Source of the DNA: Octopus sinensis
Lineage: Eukaryota
Direction: 5' to 3'
NCBI RefSeq assembly: GCF_006345805.1
Contig: NC_043012.1
Coordinates: forward strand, 39,122,001 to 39,186,000
DNA length: 64,000 nucleotides
The number at the start of each line of letters is the position of its first letter. Position 1 is the first letter of the stretch. Below, one piece after another: positions 59,389-64,000 of this stretch. The notes beneath the pieces were generated by a model that had not been told where the DNA came from, did not search any database, and saw nothing but the letters and a program-made list of their open reading frames with translations. The position numbers and the translations under genes are program-made.

Positions 59389-59699
59389 TATATATATATA
59401 TATAATTTAAAGAAAACAGAAAATATACATACAATAATCACATTTTAATCGTAGTGCAGTCAATTAATATGTTATTACGTTTTGGCCTACGTTATGTTTC
59501 ACTCAATTGTTATTCTCCAGATCTGCACCACTAAAGTACATTATGACGTTATAAAACATTCGCCACTTCTCGACATATTTCACTGCTATATTTTCCCTTC
59601 TCTCGAAAGGAGAATTTCTTACGACTGAATCGACTATACTTTGAATACTGGCCAAAATGTGCGTGTGTATGTATGTATATATATATAATATATATATTA

Positions 59700-59742
<43 letters not shown>

Positions 59743-59782
59743 CTACATATATGTGTATATATATATATATATTTATGTATAT

Positions 59783-59826
<44 letters not shown>

Positions 59827-60160
59827 TGGAGGAATAATCGCTAAACGGGTATTCTATTTCGGATAATACAAAAATAACCTAATGAATATATCTGACAGTT
59901 AACTCATGGCATCAGTTTGCACATCACGAATAATACTTAAAAGATATAACCAAAATTACCAGCTTGTTATATAATATACTTCATTAATAATATCATACTT
60001 TAGTTAATACTTATATTTATTAAATATGAAGGAACTACACTTGTTTCAGTATTGCAAGATTACAATATATATACATATACATAAATATATACCTATATAT
60101 ATATACATATATAAATACATATATATATGTATGTATATATATATATTATATATATATATA

Positions 60161-60202
<42 letters not shown>

Positions 60203-60204
60203 CA

Positions 60205-61225
60205 GTATATCAGATTATGACACTTTTTATAAACATGCCCCATATTATAAAAAAGCTTTAAAAGAAGTAGAATACAACTGTAATATATATTTTTTTAATT
60301 ATTATGAACACGATAATAATAATAATAATAATAGTAATAGTAATAGTAATACTATAAGTATTCCTAATAAAACTAATAATAATTCTAACAGTAAAAATAT
60401 GATTAATAATAATAATTAAAGACAATATAACAAACTAAATAAAGATAAAAACAATATACTTGTTAATAATGTTTACAATAATAATAGTAATCATTATAAT
60501 GAGAATATGAGCAATAGTAAGAAACATAGTAAAGTATACATAAAGAGATGTAATATAACTAAGAATAACAATTTAATACCGATGATGTCTACTAATAAGG
60601 ATATTATAAAAACATAAAAAAAGGATATTATATGGTTAATTATTCCGTATGGGGATCAAGTTATGACTAATATTATTAAGGAGATACTTAAGATAGTAAA
60701 AATTGTTTTTAAAAAGGACAATATATTTTCCAATAAAACCATAAGAGTGAGATACTCAACACCGAGAAATGCAGGCAATATGATTTCCTCTATAAATAAG
60801 AAATTAAATAATTATTACAATAGCATAATAAGTAATAGCTCTAGCCATAATATGGCCGATAGTGACAGAAGACTTAATCAACGTGCAGAAAAATGTTCGT
60901 GTCGTGATAAGACTAAATGTAATATAAATAACGTAATTTATAAATGTATAGTTAACTCTAAGAACAATAATAATAAAATTATATATAAGGCTTATATTGG
61001 ATCAACAGCTATTTAAATAAGTCTACAGGCTTTAGTAAATATATATGGGAATTAAAATCTAGAAAAAGAGAGTACACACTTAATTGGAGTATTATAGGTA
61101 GAGACCAATCCTATAATAGTTATAGATAGATATATAAATATACGATAAATAAGACACCAAAGTACGATATATAGATGCATATAACGCTGAAGGGTTTCAC
61201 CTAATTGATTTGGAAATTATTTTTC

Positions 61226-61228
<3 letters not shown>
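60205..61228 (+). mobile_element. Decayed 3' part of a Naiad-like PLE (RT thumb, Asn-rich linker, GIY-YIG endonuclease)
   Basis: [18 protein letters not shown]; KKDIIWLIIPYGDQVMTNI; IFSNKTIRVRYS; CSCRDKTKC; NVIYKCIV…AYIGST; STGFSKYIWELK…YTLNWSIIGR; bounded by (TA)n on both sides. Confidence 0.8.
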
Positions 61229-61260
<32 letters not shown>

Positions 61261-61956
61261 CAAGGAGAAAAATTTAGACGAAAGCAGTTTAAAGGGGAAA
61301 CGAGACAAAAACCTAACGGACGGAGAATTTAGACAAATACATGATACACGGAATATGCGCAACTGAGTTTTCCTCGTCAGTCAATGACCCAAAATATCAT
61401 AGTGGTTTCGCACCATTACCATTGAGACAACTCAATTTTAGAGTCGACAGTGCTGTTATTAATGTACCGAGAAAAAGATAGCGAATGTATACTTAGAGGG
61501 AAACAAACAAGGCATTATGGAAACACAACACCCAGAGAACTATGCATATATAACAACACGAAGCCTTACATCTATATACAGTGGAAGAAAAAGTAGTAAT
61601 AATACATATACCACACAAACAAAAGAAAGAACTTTGCAGCTATCGAAGGCAAACATGAAAAGGCGGTATTTTGTCAGTATTTTGAATGATGTATTCATTC
61701 TCTCTATAGCTTCAATATAAAGACATCATTCAAAATACGGCTAAAATGCCGCCTGGATTTTCCTGGGATTTTAACTAAGGACCCCTACCTTCCTGGAACT
61801 ACCGACCAACATTCATTAAATCCGCCTGTATTCTTCTACCAACCTTTACTCTTTATTTTTGTATTTATCCTTTAATATATTTTATTCCCTATAAACTGTG
61901 AATCTATTTTATTCTTGTAAATTGTAAATTTTCCATGTCTAAAATATCCATAGCTT

Positions 61957-62031
61957 GTCTCTGATGATGGAATACCCAGTGCTGGAGATACTAGCCTAAC
62001 GCTTGCGCTATCCCAGAACCAACTGCAAGAC
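61957..62031 (+). ncRNA. Mutated hammerhead motif related to the 19674 family
   Basis: GTCT-CTGATGA-TGGAATA…TATCCCA-GAAC-CAACTG-CA-AGAC; GAAA and GUA are altered, so probably inactive. Confidence 0.55.
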
Positions 62032-62302
62032 TTCAAATTCACCTTACCCTAATTAAATTATTCTAAATGACTTGAGATACTCATTCTGCCTTGGTTTTGT
62101 TTTTACCTCTATCATAATATAAACCTGCTATAACGGAACCCTAATATGGAACCTTAGATCCAGCCTCAGCTGGGAACTTGGAACCTAACGGACTATCAAC
62201 GATACCACTTACCCAGCGTACCTAGACGTTTAGATCACAAGGGAAATAAACCCCTAATTTCTATATATACACATACACATACACACACACATATATATAT
62301 AT

Positions 62303-62395
62303 ATCACATGCTCACGATTACTGTTATTATACATCACCGATTACAATGCGTTTTGCATTGTTTCAGCTTTCAGACGCCGCTACCCCGCTGGCTAC
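62303..62395 (-). mobile_element. SINE family C 3' fragment
   Basis: Reverse complement TAGCCAGCGGGGTAGCGGCGTCTGAAAGCTGAAACAATGC matches 31544-31582. Confidence 0.8.
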
Positions 62396-62813
62396 TTATA
62401 TATATATATATATAAGTTTGTATTTCTAAAACACGATATATTTTATATTAATATCTACTTACATTTCTACCTTCGTGCTTTCTTGTTTTAGCCAGATGCT
62501 GTGGGCAAGCTGGAGCAGTGCCATTGATATATGTATAAAGAATTGATATATTTACACGCGTGTGTGTGTATGTGTGTGTGTGTGTAAGACCGAGTATGTC
62601 TATGTTTTAATGAATATGTAAGTGCGTATATACATTCATATGTATACATATATATATATATAAATATATATATATCTATATATATATATATATATTTGTA
62701 TGTATGTATGTATGTATATGTGCATGCATGTTTGTGTATATATATATAAATATAAGTATATATATATATATATATTTATATACACACACCCAGACGCATA
62801 GGCACATACACAT

Positions 62814-62896
<83 letters not shown>

Positions 62897-63443
62897 AGTA
62901 GTTTTGGCTTCGTGTTTATGCAATACATAATATCTATTGTTCATATTAAGAGTTGGTGATGTGTAACAATACCGTTTAGACTTGACGTTTTATCTTTCCA
63001 GTGTATATAATGTCTGCGATTTCTATTTAGTTTCTATGGTGTTCTTATAATATGATACCAGTCATTCATTGAGGGTGGATGATAAAACAAGCTTTGCTTT
63101 CCTTCTAAACTTTTAGTCAGATAACTATGTTTTTTTTATGTTTTTAGGATCAGTGTAAGTCTTAAAGAATTCTCTTCAATTTATTTTGTTTCCCGTTTTA
63201 CGTCGAACACGAATCTAACATCAGAGGAAGCATGTGTATCAGGAATATATTGAGATTGATATACTACATCTGAAATATGTTTTATGGCGAGTAGTGAGCT
63301 CGTTAAATTGTGGGTGCGACGAACAAATTACCTTGCAGTAATTCTCACAGGTTAAAGGAAATATCTGCTAGTGGTTTGTGTTGATGGCATTTACTAAGCA
63401 TACATCTTGATATTTCTATTGTTCTGACGAAACAATTATTAAA

Positions 63444-63660
63444 GTGGCGAGCTGGTATTAGAAGCGTAAGCACACCGGAGGAAATTTCCAACGGTAATTC
63501 GTCCGGCTTAACTTTTCTGAGTTCGAATTCCGCCCGAAGTTGCCTTTGCCTTTCATCGTTTCGGGGTCGATAAAATAGGTACCAGTTGAGCTCTGGGATC
63601 CATGTAGTCGACTTACCTCTTCCCCAGAATTACTGGTCTTGCGAAAAAAATTTGAAATTA
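63444..63660 (+). mobile_element. SINE family B
   Basis: GTGGCGAGCTGG…GAGTTCGAATTCC…TTTGCCTTTCATCGTTTCGGGGTCGATAAAATAGGTACCAG. Confidence 0.88.
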
Positions 63661-64000
63661 TTGTGTTATTCTTCATTCAATTTTCTTTATTTCTTGCTAA
63701 GTGCCTAACCGACACCTAGAGCAAAGAAATTCACTGTATACATTGCTAAGCTAATACAGTGAACACACCAGATTGTTCCTTTACGGAAGTCAAGTTATGT
63801 TATAGAAAAAAGAGGGAAGAAAGAAAAAGGAAAGAAGGAAAATAAGGATAAAAACAAAGAAAATAAAATGGAAGAAGGAAAGACAATTCACATCGATAAT
63901 ACTCTTCCCAATGCGTGTGACGAACCAGTTAAAACAATTGTGTGCATTTCTCGCATGGATGGTAAACCAGGGATCATTTTCCAATAATTCTCAGTTGCTT

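Noticed and set aside
61661-61754. SECIS element for the neighbouring Naiad-like PLE
   Set aside because: The ATGA is Watson-Crick paired rather than forming the GA/GA quartet, and the hairpin lies outside the element's (TA)n boundary.

Overview
Eukaryotic, AT-rich, repeat-dominated genomic DNA, most likely from an octopus (inferred from the SINE families and the extreme microsatellite load; not verified). I see no intact host gene, no rRNA/tRNA gene and no CRISPR array, and nearly all ORFs in the supplied track are translations of microsatellites. Recognisable content: three CR1-group LINE fragments; a frameshifted Neptune-type Penelope-like element (PLE) and two decayed Naiad-type PLE 3' ends; two mariner relics; a Tigger-like MITE; three tRNA-derived SINE families; an (AAT)n-embedded non-autonomous repeat; and an intronless, frameshifted, 3'-truncated PPP1R12/MYPT1 retrocopy. 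The most notable unannotated signal is a set of at least eight minimal type-I hammerhead ribozyme motifs (some truncated or decayed) from several families. They have palindromic stem III and non-canonical cores and sit next to (TA)n/(TG)n tracts; one is a ~90-bp ribozyme+AATAAA-only unit. There are also two long fold-back structures.
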